32,000 bases of DNA, taken from the NCBI RefSeq assembly GCF_000025925.1, contig NC_014033.1, positions 2,010,001 through 2,042,000 of the forward strand. Direction: 5' to 3'. The stretch's first letter is position 1; each line of letters opens with the position of its first letter. The notes below the pieces were generated by a model that saw only the letters and a list, made by a program, of their open reading frames with translations, ran no database searches and was not told the origin of the DNA. The translations under genes and the position numbers were made by a program. Shown here piece by piece: positions 15,063 to 24,103 of the stretch. The DNA is from Xylanibacter ruminicola 23 (GTDB taxonomy: Bacteria; Bacteroidota; Bacteroidia; Bacteroidales; Bacteroidaceae).

Positions 15063-18000
15063 TTAGAAGTTTATATTCAGTCCTACCTGCCATGAGCGAG
15101 CCGATGGATAGTAACCACAGTCGATACCCGAAGCCCAGCTGGTGCCATTGCCGAAACCTACCTCAGGATCCATACCCGAGTAGCCGGTAAAGCAGAAGTA
15201 ATTGCTGAGGGCCACGTAGAGGCGGCACTTCTGCACGGGCAGCTTGTTGTAGAGCTTCTTAAAGTCGTAGCCAAAGGCAATGCGAGAGATCTTGAAGAAG
15301 TCGGCATCCTCTACCCAAACCTTCGAGATTTCGCTCATGTTCACGTTCTTACCATCGGAGAAGCGTGGATACTTGTTGGTGCTACCCTCGCCTGTCCAGT
15401 ACTTGGTGTAAACATCGGTACAATAGTTATCATCGGGGTGATCGGAGAACTGACGATAGCTCTTGGCCACCTGCTGACCGAACGAGCCGTAGCCATTCAG
15501 AGCCAGGTCGAAGCCCTTATAAGCCAGGTTGATGTTAAGACCTACGGTAAAGTCGGGGTTAGGATCACCAATCATGGTCTTGTCGGCATCGCCGGTATCA
15601 ATCTTACCATTGCCGTTCACATCCACGAACTTCACGTCGCCAGGCTGCAGCGATTCGCCCTGCAGCGAGTTCTTCTTATCGCCACTACAGTTACGGTTGA
15701 TGTAATCCTGCAGGTCGGCCTCGTTCTGGATGATACCTTCCATGGCATAGCCCCAGAAGTAGCCGATAGGATAACCTACCTGCAAGCGATACAGCTCGGC
15801 CGTGTTCTGGGCGATGGCATTAGAACCACCATGGATGATACCCTCGGAGTTAGCCAATCGGGTAACCTCGTTCTTGTTATGCGAGAAGTTGAAGGTTACG
15901 CCATATACAAAGTCCTTACCCACCTTATCGTTCCAGGTGAGCTGCACCTCGTAACCCTTGTTCTGGATATCGCCACCGTTCACATAAGGCGCACCTGTAC
16001 CGTACGACAGCAGCATGGGCGCACGTACCAGCCAGTCCTTGGTGGTTTTGTTATACCAGTCGAAGGCCACGCCCAGACGATTGTTCAGGAATCGGGCATC
16101 GAAACCAAGGTCTAACTGCTCAGAGGTTTCCCACTTTACATCCTTGTTAGGCAGGATGTTAGGATAAGCACCGATGCCTGGATTATCCTTGCTCTCGAAA
16201 TAGTAAGGATCGTCGAACGCGATGGTACCTACATACTGGAAGTTAGAGATGTTACAGTTACCATTCTGACCCCAGCTGGCACGAATCTTCAGGAAGTCAA
16301 GCCACGACTTGGTCTTCTCCATAAACGCCTCGTTGCTGATAACCCAACCAGCGCTGACTGATGGGAAATAACCCCAGCGCTTGCCACGGGCAAAGTTGGA
16401 TGAACCATCGGCACGCAGCACGAGCGAGAGCAGATAGGTCTCGTCGTAGTTATAGTTGATACGACCGAAGAACGACGACAGGGCACCCTGATCCTCGGGG
16501 CTACCACCTATCGAGGTGTAGGCAGGGTCAACCACATTGGCGTTGATGATATAGGCATGATCGAACGAGCCTGGGAACAGCGAGTTACTGTTAGTAACGT
16601 TGACACTGCTGCCATAGCCCCACTTCTCGATACTCTGACCCAGCAGGGCGTCGATATTATGCAGGCCGAACGACTTAACGTAGTTGATAGTGTTCTCTAA
16701 CGACCAGCGGATGCTGTACGACTGGTTCTGACTCACGTCGTCGTTAGGATTCGACTTCTTGGTGCTGAGCTCGTAAACAGGCTTGTAGCTGCGGCCCTCG
16801 CGATGGCGATACAGCCAACCGGCACTGGCGCGATAGGTAAGATCCTTGATGGGCGAGAACTCGAGGAAGAAGTTGCTCTGCAGGCGCCAGCCCTTGGTAT
16901 AGCCGTAGCCCTCGTCGTACTTCATCTGAGCCAACGGGTTGGCCATCTCGGCACTGAAATCCCAGCCATCGGCCACAATATCCTTGTACTCGTAGAAGCT
17001 GCCATCCTCGTTGTAAGCAGGCAGCAGCGGACTCATGGCCAGCAGGTTACGGATGCTGTTACCATAGATACCACCAATGCTTACACCTTTCTTATTAGTA
17101 GCCGAGAAGGTGATATTCTCGCCGAACTTGAGCACGTCGCGACCCTTTTTGCGGATGAGCGAGTAATCGGAGTTAAGGCGAACGGTATAGCGATCGTACT
17201 TAGGATCGGCAGGATAGCCGATGGTACCCGTCTGGTGATACTTACTGAAACCTAACGAGAAGCGCGACACATCGCTACCACCAATGATATTTACTGAGGC
17301 ATTGTGCATGGGCGCATCGTGGATGGTTGTCTCCTCCAGCCAGTTGGTGCCATTCCAAGTGCCATTCATAATCTGTGCGTACTGCTTGGGAATCAGCTTG
17401 GCCCAGTCGTAGGTGCTCACACCCTGTATCTGATAGGCCTTATCGTTAATCTCCATATACTGCTTGGCATTCAGCGGGGTAACATCATTGGTATTAGGAT
17501 TCTGCCATCCCATATAACCATCGAAGGTTACCTGCACCTTGCCACTCTTACCCTTCTTGGTGGTTACCAGAATAACACCGTTTGAGGCACGGGCACCATA
17601 GATGGCACTCGAAGCAGCATCCTTGAGCACGTCGATACTCTCGATATCGTTTGGCGACAGGTCGGTGATAGATCCACCAGGCACGCCATCGATGACATAC
17701 AGCGGGGTGTTACTACCGGCTGTACCCATACCACGGATAACCACCTTGTAGCTCTCGCCTGGCTGACCAGAGTTCATCACGATGTTCATACCGGCAGCCT
17801 GACTCTGCAGGGCACCAAAGGCATCAACGGCATTGATGGCTGCGATATTGTCAGAGGTTACATGTACGGTTGAACCTGTAACCAGCTTTTTGCGCTGGGT
17901 ACCATAACCCACTACCACCACATCGTTGAGCACCTCGGAATCCTCTTCCAAAGTAACATTCACGCTCTTGCCGGCGGTAGGTTTAACAGTTACATTCTTG

Positions 18001-18281
18001 TAACCCACAAAAGAGATACGGATACTTGCACCCCTGGCAACAGTAATGCTGAAGGAACCATCGGCTCCTGTAAGCGTTCCATTACTCTGTGTGCCTAACT
18101 CAATGACACTGGCGCCTATGACAGGTTCGCCACTGGTGTCGAGAACCACACCCTTTACCTGCACAGTAGGCTTAGCCTGAGTAACAACCTGACTAGCTCG
18201 CGCCTGAGCCACGGGCATGGTTGAACCCATAACCAACATTCCTGCACAAACAGCAGAAAGGATCTTTGAATAGTTGTACAT
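15063..18281 (-). CDS. SusC/RagA-family TonB-dependent outer-membrane transporter
   Basis: Signal peptide, a carboxypeptidase-regulatory-like domain (VKGVVLDTSGEPVIGASVIE...TGADGSFSI), a plug (IESIDVLKDAASSAIYGARASNGVILVTTKKG), and a long beta-barrel ending ...VGLNINF. No STN/anti-sigma signalling domain was seen. Confidence 0.9.
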   Translation of the reverse strand: MYNYSKILSAVCAGMLVMGSTMPVAQARASQVVTQAKPTVQVKGVVLDTSGEPVIGASVIELGTQSNGTLTGADGSFSITVARGASIRISFVGYKNVTVKPTAGKSVNVTLEEDSEVLNDVVVVGYGTQRKKLVTGSTVHVTSDNIAAINAVDAFGALQSQAAGMNIVMNSGQPGESYKVVIRGMGTAGSNTPLYVIDGVPGGSITDLSPNDIESIDVLKDAASSAIYGARASNGVILVTTKKGKSGKVQVTFDGYMGWQNPNTNDVTPLNAKQYMEINDKAYQIQGVSTYDWAKLIPKQYAQIMNGTWNGTNWLEETTIHDAPMHNASVNIIGGSDVSRFSLGFSKYHQTGTIGYPADPKYDRYTVRLNSDYSLIRKKGRDVLKFGENITFSATNKKGVSIGGIYGNSIRNLLAMSPLLPAYNEDGSFYEYKDIVADGWDFSAEMANPLAQMKYDEGYGYTKGWRLQSNFFLEFSPIKDLTYRASAGWLYRHREGRSYKPVYELSTKKSNPNDDVSQNQSYSIRWSLENTINYVKSFGLHNIDALLGQSIEKWGYGSSVNVTNSNSLFPGSFDHAYIINANVVDPAYTSIGGSPEDQGALSSFFGRINYNYDETYLLSLVLRADGSSNFARGKRWGYFPSVSAGWVISNEAFMEKTKSWLDFLKIRASWGQNGNCNISNFQYVGTIAFDDPYYFESKDNPGIGAYPNILPNKDVKWETSEQLDLGFDARFLNNRLGVAFDWYNKTTKDWLVRAPMLLSYGTGAPYVNGGDIQNKGYEVQLTWNDKVGKDFVYGVTFNFSHNKNEVTRLANSEGIIHGGSNAIAQNTAELYRLQVGYPIGYFWGYAMEGIIQNEADLQDYINRNCSGDKKNSLQGESLQPGDVKFVDVNGNGKIDTGDADKTMIGDPNPDFTVGLNINLAYKGFDLALNGYGSFGQQVAKSYRQFSDHPDDNYCTDVYTKYWTGEGSTNKYPRFSDGKNVNMSEISKVWVEDADFFKISRIAFGYDFKKLYNKLPVQKCRLYVALSNYFCFTGYSGMDPEVGFGNGTSWASGIDCGYYPSARSWQVGLNINF

Positions 18282-18396
18282 AATGATAATAATTAATTAG
18301 TAATATAACCGGTAATTGGTTTCTAGTTCCATGTTATATCAACCCTATGTTTATGGCTAGGATTGATTAATTCAGCATGTTTGATTTTTAACGTCG

Positions 18397-18428
18397 CAAA
18401 TATACGATATATATCTGATAGTTGCAAG
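18397..18428 (-). promoter_or_regulatory. Candidate promoter of the SusC/SusD pair (-7 TAtaTTTG, weak -33 cTTG)
   Basis: The reverse complement of caaatata (18397-18404) is TATATTTG. The reverse complement of caag (18425-18428) is CTTG, 20 nt upstream. Confidence 0.45.
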
Positions 18429-18446
18429 TAATTTAAGGATTTTAAC

Positions 18447-18476
18447 AAAAAAGCCCTGCCTTGCGGCAGAGCTTTT
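18447..18476 (-). terminator. Intrinsic terminator of guaA (bidirectional shape)
   Basis: aaaaaa gccctgcc ttgc ggcagagc tttt: an 8-bp stem with one mismatch and a 4-nt loop, 14 nt after the guaA stop. Confidence 0.7.
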
Positions 18477-18489
18477 AATGTGATGATGT

Positions 18490-20094
18490 TTACTCCCACT
18501 CGATGGTTGCGGGTGGTTTCGACGAGATATCGTAGCAAACGCGGTTTACGCCACGTACCTTATTAATAATCTCGTTACTTACCTTAGCCATGAAGTCGTA
18601 AGGCAGATGTGCCCAGTCGGCTGTCATTGCATCGGTACTGGTTACAGCACGCAGGGCTACGGGATGCTCGTAGGTACGCTCATCGCCCATCACACCTACA
18701 CTGCGAACAGTAGAAAGCAGGATGGCACCTGCCTGCCAGATCTGATCGTAGAGCGAAACCTCGATCTCGCCATCCTTCATATCGGCAGGGATACCGGCAG
18801 CCAGCACCTTGCGGGCCTCTTCGCCACTCAGCTTTACCTTGTAATCGCGCAGACCGCGGATATAGATATCGTCGGCATCCTGCAGGATACGTACCTTCTC
18901 AGGAGTGATATCGCCCAGGATACGAACAGCCAAGCCAGGACCAGGGAAGGGGTGACGGGTAATCAAGTGTTCGGGCATGCCCAACTGGCGACCTACACGA
19001 CGAACCTCGTCCTTGAACAACCACTGCAGGGGCTCGCAAAGCTGCAAGTGCATTTCCTTAGGCAGACCGCCTACGTTGTGGTGGCTCTTAATCACCTTAC
19101 CTGTAATATTCAAGCTCTCGATACGGTCGGGGTAGATAGTACCCTGAGCCAGCCACTTGGCATCGGTAATCTTCTTAGCCTCGGCATTGAACACCTCGAC
19201 AAAGTCGCGACCGATAATCTTACGCTTCTGCTCAGGATCGGTAACACCAGCCAGATCGGCAAAGAACTTAGCGCTGGCATCAACACCAATCACGTTCAGG
19301 CCCAGCACCTTGTAGTCGTCCATTACCTGGTTGAACTCGTTCTTACGCAGCATACCATGATCTACAAAGATACAGGTAAGGCGATTGCCGATAGCCTTGT
19401 TGAGCAGTACAGCAGCAACAGATGAATCGACACCACCTGAGAGGCCGAGAATCACACGGTCGTCGCCCAGCTGAGCCTTGAGCTCAGCTACTGTAGAATC
19501 GACGAACGAAGCGGCACTCCACTCCTGCTTACTGCCACAGATATCAACTACGAAGTTCTTCAGGAGCTGTGTGCCCTGCAGGGTGTGGAACACCTCGGGG
19601 TGGAACTGTACAGCCCATACGCCATCGCGCCAGAATGCAGCGTTCTTAACGTCCTTAGTAGAACCAATAACCTCGAAACCCTCGGGGATTGAGGTGATGG
19701 TGTCGCCATGGCTCATCCATACCTGTGAGTGCTGCTCGAAACCTTTGAACAGGGGATTCGTGGTGTCGACAGTCTCAAGGTTGGCACGTCCATACTCGCG
19801 AGAGTCGGCCTTTTCGACCTTACCACCCAGGGTGTGACTGATGAACTGAGCACCATAGCAGATACCCAGCACTGGCACACGACCTACAAACTGCAACAGG
19901 TCGACCTTGAAAGCCTCAGGATCGTGTACCGAGTAGGGCGAACCACTCAGAATTACACCAATCACCGAGGGATCGTCCTTCGGAAATTTGTTGTAGGGCA
20001 TAATCTCGCAGAAGGTGTCCAGCTCGCGCACACGGCGGCCGATAAGCTGCGTGGTTTGCGAACCGAAATCGAGAATAATAATCTTCTGTGTCAT
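18490..20094 (-). CDS. guaA: GMP synthase (glutamine-hydrolysing)
   Basis: GATase domain with GICYGAQ, ATP-pyrophosphatase P-loop SGGVDSSV, and C-terminal ...KPPATIEWE. Confidence 0.95.
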   Translation of the reverse strand: MTQKIIILDFGSQTTQLIGRRVRELDTFCEIMPYNKFPKDDPSVIGVILSGSPYSVHDPEAFKVDLLQFVGRVPVLGICYGAQFISHTLGGKVEKADSREYGRANLETVDTTNPLFKGFEQHSQVWMSHGDTITSIPEGFEVIGSTKDVKNAAFWRDGVWAVQFHPEVFHTLQGTQLLKNFVVDICGSKQEWSAASFVDSTVAELKAQLGDDRVILGLSGGVDSSVAAVLLNKAIGNRLTCIFVDHGMLRKNEFNQVMDDYKVLGLNVIGVDASAKFFADLAGVTDPEQKRKIIGRDFVEVFNAEAKKITDAKWLAQGTIYPDRIESLNITGKVIKSHHNVGGLPKEMHLQLCEPLQWLFKDEVRRVGRQLGMPEHLITRHPFPGPGLAVRILGDITPEKVRILQDADDIYIRGLRDYKVKLSGEEARKVLAAGIPADMKDGEIEVSLYDQIWQAGAILLSTVRSVGVMGDERTYEHPVALRAVTSTDAMTADWAHLPYDFMAKVSNEIINKVRGVNRVCYDISSKPPATIEWE

Positions 20095-20100
20095 AGATAT

Positions 20101-20129
20101 AATTTACAATTTGACAATTTACAATTTAC
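20101..20129. repeat. Short 7/8-bp array (AATTTAC)n, 4 units, at the nucleotidyltransferase / guaA junction
   Basis: Units are aatttac 20101-07, aatttgac 20108-15, aatttac 20116-22, aatttac 20123-29. The array contains the upstream gene's stop (20119-21). Confidence 0.8.
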
Positions 20130-20883
20130 TATTGATAAACGCTTCGGCTTGATCGAGGGTGTCGAGTTTGCCTACGTCCATCAACCTCAGATCCTTGGCC
20201 TCGTAACCACGAATCAGATGGGTGCCACAGGCCTTGAGATAAAAGTCCATAATGGGGAAGCGATCGGGCCACTCATCCAACAATGGCACGAGTGATGGGT
20301 GGAACACGTGAATGCCCGAAAAAGCGAGCTTTCGCAATTGACCATTCTTGCCTTGCAAGCCAGCAGAGCTGGAGCGGACCATTGACCATTGACCATTAGA
20401 GATGGGGCCTTTGAGAGCGCCGGTTTCGATGTTGGTCCAGCCATGCAGGCGCATCTCGTCATCGAACATCAGATAACGCTTGGTCTGGCGCTCGCTGACT
20501 ACCAGCAAGGGGGCACCCATGGGCAGCGCCTCGAGGTCGAGATTGCTCAGGATATCCACATTATGAATCAGGATGGGCTCATTGGCATCAAACAAAGGCA
20601 GCGCCTTCTTGATGCCACCACCTGTTTCGAGCAGCGCACTGGTTTCGTCGCTGATACGGATATCCAAACCAAAGTTATGATTTTCCTCAAGATAGGTTAC
20701 AATCTGATCGGCAAAGTGGTGAACATTTACCACAATGCGCTCATAACCAGAGGATTTAAGTTTTTGTATTACATGCCAAATGAGCGGCTGCCCCCCTACC
20801 CTCACCAGTGCCTTAGGCATGGTGTCGGTTAGTGGCTTGAGACGAGTGCCAAGCCCTGCGGCAAATATCATCGCTTGCTTCAT
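20119..20883 (-). CDS. Sugar-phosphate nucleotidyltransferase, MurU-like (N-acetylmuramate-1-phosphate uridylyltransferase family)
   Basis: N-terminal AAGLGTRLKPLTDTMPKALV nucleotide-binding signature, ETGGG, and FSGIHVFHP. The track ORF starts at a GTG (20892); the ATG (MKQAMIF) is at 20883. Confidence 0.75.
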   Translation of the reverse strand: MKQAMIFAAGLGTRLKPLTDTMPKALVRVGGQPLIWHVIQKLKSSGYERIVVNVHHFADQIVTYLEENHNFGLDIRISDETSALLETGGGIKKALPLFDANEPILIHNVDILSNLDLEALPMGAPLLVVSERQTKRYLMFDDEMRLHGWTNIETGALKGPISNGQWSMVRSSSAGLQGKNGQLRKLAFSGIHVFHPSLVPLLDEWPDRFPIMDFYLKACGTHLIRGYEAKDLRLMDVGKLDTLDQAEAFINSKL

Positions 20884-20910
20884 TCGGCGCACTATGCTTT
20901 ATTTGGGGTG

Positions 20911-20918
20911 CAAAGGTA
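20911..20918 (-). promoter_or_regulatory. Candidate -7 box TAccTTTG for the nucleotidyltransferase-guaA unit
   Basis: The reverse complement of caaaggta (20911-20918) is TACCTTTG, 27 nt upstream of ATG 20883. Confidence 0.5.
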
Positions 20919-20986
20919 GCACTTTTTTGGGAGATAAAAAAGAAATTGCCCCAAAAAATTTTGGAGCAATTCTGTTAATAAGTTAG

Positions 20987-23947
20987 TTAGAACATACGTG
21001 GGCCTCCGAAGCCGCCGCCACCACGACGACCGCCGCCGAAGCCACCACCACCTGGGCGACCACCGCCAGGACCACCAAAGCCACCACGACCAGGACCACC
21101 AGGGCCACCAAAGCCACCCTGACGACCAGCCTTACCACCAAACAGGTTCAAACGATAGATGACGTGAACCATGCCATAGCTGGTAACGGCATTGTACTGG
21201 GTATCGTTACGCATCATAGCTGTGACTGTGCTCGACAATGTGCTCTGCTGGTGCAGGATGTCGTACAGCTGCAGCGAGATGGTAAGGGGCTTACCCTTGA
21301 GGAAGCTCTGCGAGAGCTGGGCATTCCAGATAAGCTCGTTGGTGTTCATCGAGGCATCGTAGTAACCACGACGGCTCTGCATGTTCAGGTTGGTAGTAAG
21401 CGATGTGCCCCAAGGAGCTGTTACGCCCACCATACCTCCGTAGGTAAACTGCCAGGTATCAAGGTTATTACTGGTTTGCAACTCGCTACGGTTGCGGTTG
21501 TAGTTGAGCGATCCGTTGAGCTCGATCTCCAACCAATCGTTACGATAGCTGAAAGCCAGGCGCTCCATGATGGTCTGCGACTTAGTAACAGCCTTGGCAT
21601 CGCTCACACCATCATTAACAAAACCTACGTTGTGGTTGTATCCAAAGTTAGTAAATGTATTCACGTTAAAGTAACCAGCCGAGTCGATGGCTGTGTTGAA
21701 CATAAAGCCAACGTTGGCATTCCAGTTACCATTGATATTCTCAGGACGAGTCATACGTGCACCACCATCCAACAGGGTAACCTTGTTGGCGATAGAGTTA
21801 GCGGTGGTAGAGAAGTTTACGAATGTCATCACAGCACGCTGGTGCTTCTGGAAGTAATCGTTGTAGAACAGCTGGAAGTTCTGACGGAACGAAGGCTTCA
21901 AGCCAGGGTTACCTCGTGTAATGTTCAAGGGGTCGCTGTTATCTACGATATCCAGCAGATCGCTCATAGAGGGCTGCGAGGTGTTGGCACGATAGGTGAA
22001 GCGCAACTGACCAGTCTGCGACTTCTTCCAACGGAAGTCCATGGTAGGTGCAAAGTTGGTAACAGTGCGGGTGGTATCGGCATGGATACCCTTGTAGTCC
22101 TGAATAAAGTGCGACTTCTGAGGCACCATCTGCACACCAATATTAAAGGTATATGAGTTGCGAACGATACGCAGCATCAACTCAGCGGTGTGGATGTAGT
22201 TCTGATACTCAGAGTAGCGGCTCTGGCTATCATCGCGATAAGGATCGAGCGAAGTGATACGACCAAACTGGCCCAGATACTCATCCCATGAGCGATAACC
22301 ACCATTCCATGCAGCAACGGGATCAACCTTACTGAAATCATAGGTACCACGATCGCTCTTCTGGAAACGGTACTGGTACTGATAGCTGAACTGCAAGTAA
22401 GTGCGAGGCAGAATAGGCTCGCTATAAGTAATGCGTGCGCTATAGTTCCAGTTCTTGGTTGGGGTGATAGAATAACGATTGGTAATGGTGGTTGAATCGA
22501 CAATTCCTAAGGTGTAATAGTTAATCAGGCTGTTTGAAGCCGATTTGCTGGTGCCGTCGCTCCAACCTGCATTCAGCTGTACAGTGATGTTACGACCTGT
22601 ATTGCTGAGACGACGGTTGAACTGCAACATACCACTTACATTCTTTGAATCGCTATACGATACGCTGTTCTGCGTACGGTTGTTCTTCAGGAAATCCTTC
22701 AGCTCATCCAACTGGTCGAGCGGACTAGTGATACGCTTATTGTCGAAAGGATTGGCAGTAAAGGTAGCCTCGGCACCCTCGTTATCGCCATCCTGAGAGT
22801 TATAACGGAAGTTTGGGCGGAACATGATGTTGGTCATCGAGTCGGGGGTCCACTCCAAACGCATCTGGGCATTCCAGTTGTTAGAACGGGTATAGTTCTG
22901 TGTAAGACTGTTACCATACTGCGAGTTGGTAGCACCATACATAGTCATGCTGGTAACCTTTGAGAGGGCATCGCCATCGCTGTGGTTCCAACGTACACTA
23001 CCATCCAGAACCAGCTTACCTGTATTCTCGTAGTTCAGGTTGATACCAGTCATCTTATTAGCTGTAAGACCCTGGCGACCACCGCCAAAACGGCCACCAC
23101 CGCCACCACCGGGGAATCCCATATCGTTGGTGTTGTTGGCATTGGTCATCAGGAACACCTTCATATCGCTATTCATGATACCACCGAAGATACGGCCTGC
23201 ATAACGGTTCTTAGTACCTGCGGCAAGGTCGGCATTCATCATAAAGCCCTTGTTCATACCCTGCTTGATACCAAAGTCGAGCACAGTCTCCTCTTCGCCA
23301 TCCTCGATACCTGATACACGGGCCAGGTCGCTCTGCTTATCGTAAGCCTTAATGCGGTCGATGATATTGGTAGGCAGATTCTTCATGGCAGTCTTGGTAT
23401 CGCCAGTCATAAACTCCTTACCATCTACCAGAATCTTCTTCACCTCCTTACCATTAATCTTAATAGTACCATCGTCGCTCACCTCGGCACCAGGCAGACG
23501 CTTAACCAGCTCCTCAACTACCGAGCCCTCGGGGGTACGGAAGGCAGCAGCATTATATACAAAGGTGTCGGCCTTCAGTGTCACCTTCGAGGCGCGTGCT
23601 GTAACAGTGGCACCCTTCAGCATGATAGCATCGGGACTGAGCGAGATGGTGCCGGCATTGTAACCCTTACCATCCTTTAAAGTAAACTTCTTGGTGTAAG
23701 TCTTAAAGCCCACGTAGGTAATCTTCAAGGTGTAAGTACCATCGCTGGGGGCTGTAACACGGAATGCACCATCGGTGTTGGTAACACCATTGGCCACAAC
23801 CTTCTCGCCTGAGAGAATAGAAGCGGTGGCCTGAATAACTGCATCCTGCGTATCCTGCTCAATCACTTTACCTGTAACCACGCGCTGTGCGTGTACCGAC
23901 AATACCGTAAACATTACGGCCATCATGAATAGTAATAATCTTCTCAT
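20987..23947 (-). CDS. Large outer-membrane beta-barrel protein (TonB-dependent-receptor-like, carboxypeptidase-regulatory-like N-domain) with Gly/Arg-rich C-terminal tail
   Basis: Signal peptide MRRLLLFMMAVMFTVLSVHAQ, a CarboxypepD_reg-like domain (VTGKVIEQDTQDAV...NTDGAFRV...YTLKITYVGF), and a long barrel with alternating strands. An internal FPGGGGGGRFGGGRQG stretch and a terminal GGFGGPGGPGRGGFGGPGGGRPGGGGFGGGRRGGGGFGGPRMF tail are present. Confidence 0.8.
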   Translation of the reverse strand: MRRLLLFMMAVMFTVLSVHAQRVVTGKVIEQDTQDAVIQATASILSGEKVVANGVTNTDGAFRVTAPSDGTYTLKITYVGFKTYTKKFTLKDGKGYNAGTISLSPDAIMLKGATVTARASKVTLKADTFVYNAAAFRTPEGSVVEELVKRLPGAEVSDDGTIKINGKEVKKILVDGKEFMTGDTKTAMKNLPTNIIDRIKAYDKQSDLARVSGIEDGEEETVLDFGIKQGMNKGFMMNADLAAGTKNRYAGRIFGGIMNSDMKVFLMTNANNTNDMGFPGGGGGGRFGGGRQGLTANKMTGINLNYENTGKLVLDGSVRWNHSDGDALSKVTSMTMYGATNSQYGNSLTQNYTRSNNWNAQMRLEWTPDSMTNIMFRPNFRYNSQDGDNEGAEATFTANPFDNKRITSPLDQLDELKDFLKNNRTQNSVSYSDSKNVSGMLQFNRRLSNTGRNITVQLNAGWSDGTSKSASNSLINYYTLGIVDSTTITNRYSITPTKNWNYSARITYSEPILPRTYLQFSYQYQYRFQKSDRGTYDFSKVDPVAAWNGGYRSWDEYLGQFGRITSLDPYRDDSQSRYSEYQNYIHTAELMLRIVRNSYTFNIGVQMVPQKSHFIQDYKGIHADTTRTVTNFAPTMDFRWKKSQTGQLRFTYRANTSQPSMSDLLDIVDNSDPLNITRGNPGLKPSFRQNFQLFYNDYFQKHQRAVMTFVNFSTTANSIANKVTLLDGGARMTRPENINGNWNANVGFMFNTAIDSAGYFNVNTFTNFGYNHNVGFVNDGVSDAKAVTKSQTIMERLAFSYRNDWLEIELNGSLNYNRNRSELQTSNNLDTWQFTYGGMVGVTAPWGTSLTTNLNMQSRRGYYDASMNTNELIWNAQLSQSFLKGKPLTISLQLYDILHQQSTLSSTVTAMMRNDTQYNAVTSYGMVHVIYRLNLFGGKAGRQGGFGGPGGPGRGGFGGPGGGRPGGGGFGGGRRGGGGFGGPRMF

Positions 23948-24029
23948 TGCTACTTTTTTCTACGTTTTTTTGAAAGTTTGACGCCTTTTCAAAAAAAAAG
24001 TTTAACCTATAGGCTATTTTTTTGTTTAA

Positions 24030-24063
24030 TTTGTTACGTTTTAAAAAAATAATGTTATCTTTG
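24030..24063 (+). promoter_or_regulatory. Candidate promoter of aroB (-33 TTTG, -7 TAtcTTTG)
   Basis: tttg at 24030-24033, a 22-nt spacer, then tatctttg at 24056-24063, 40 nt upstream of the ATG at 24104. Confidence 0.55.
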
Positions 24064-24103
24064 CACTCTATAAAAATTAAAAAGTCAACTACGGCACCAA
24101 ACA

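Noticed and set aside
18323-18538. 71-aa minus-strand ORF spanning the guaA terminator and the susC promoter region
   Set aside because: It overlaps the 3' end of guaA and the terminator hairpin, and its composition is that of translated intergenic sequence.
20921-20958. AT-rich hairpin ttttttggg-N18-cccaaaaaa as the terminator of the large OMP gene
   Set aside because: The stem is mostly A-T, the loop is 18 nt, and no U-tract follows on the relevant strand. At best it is a weak structure, so I did not list it as a feature.
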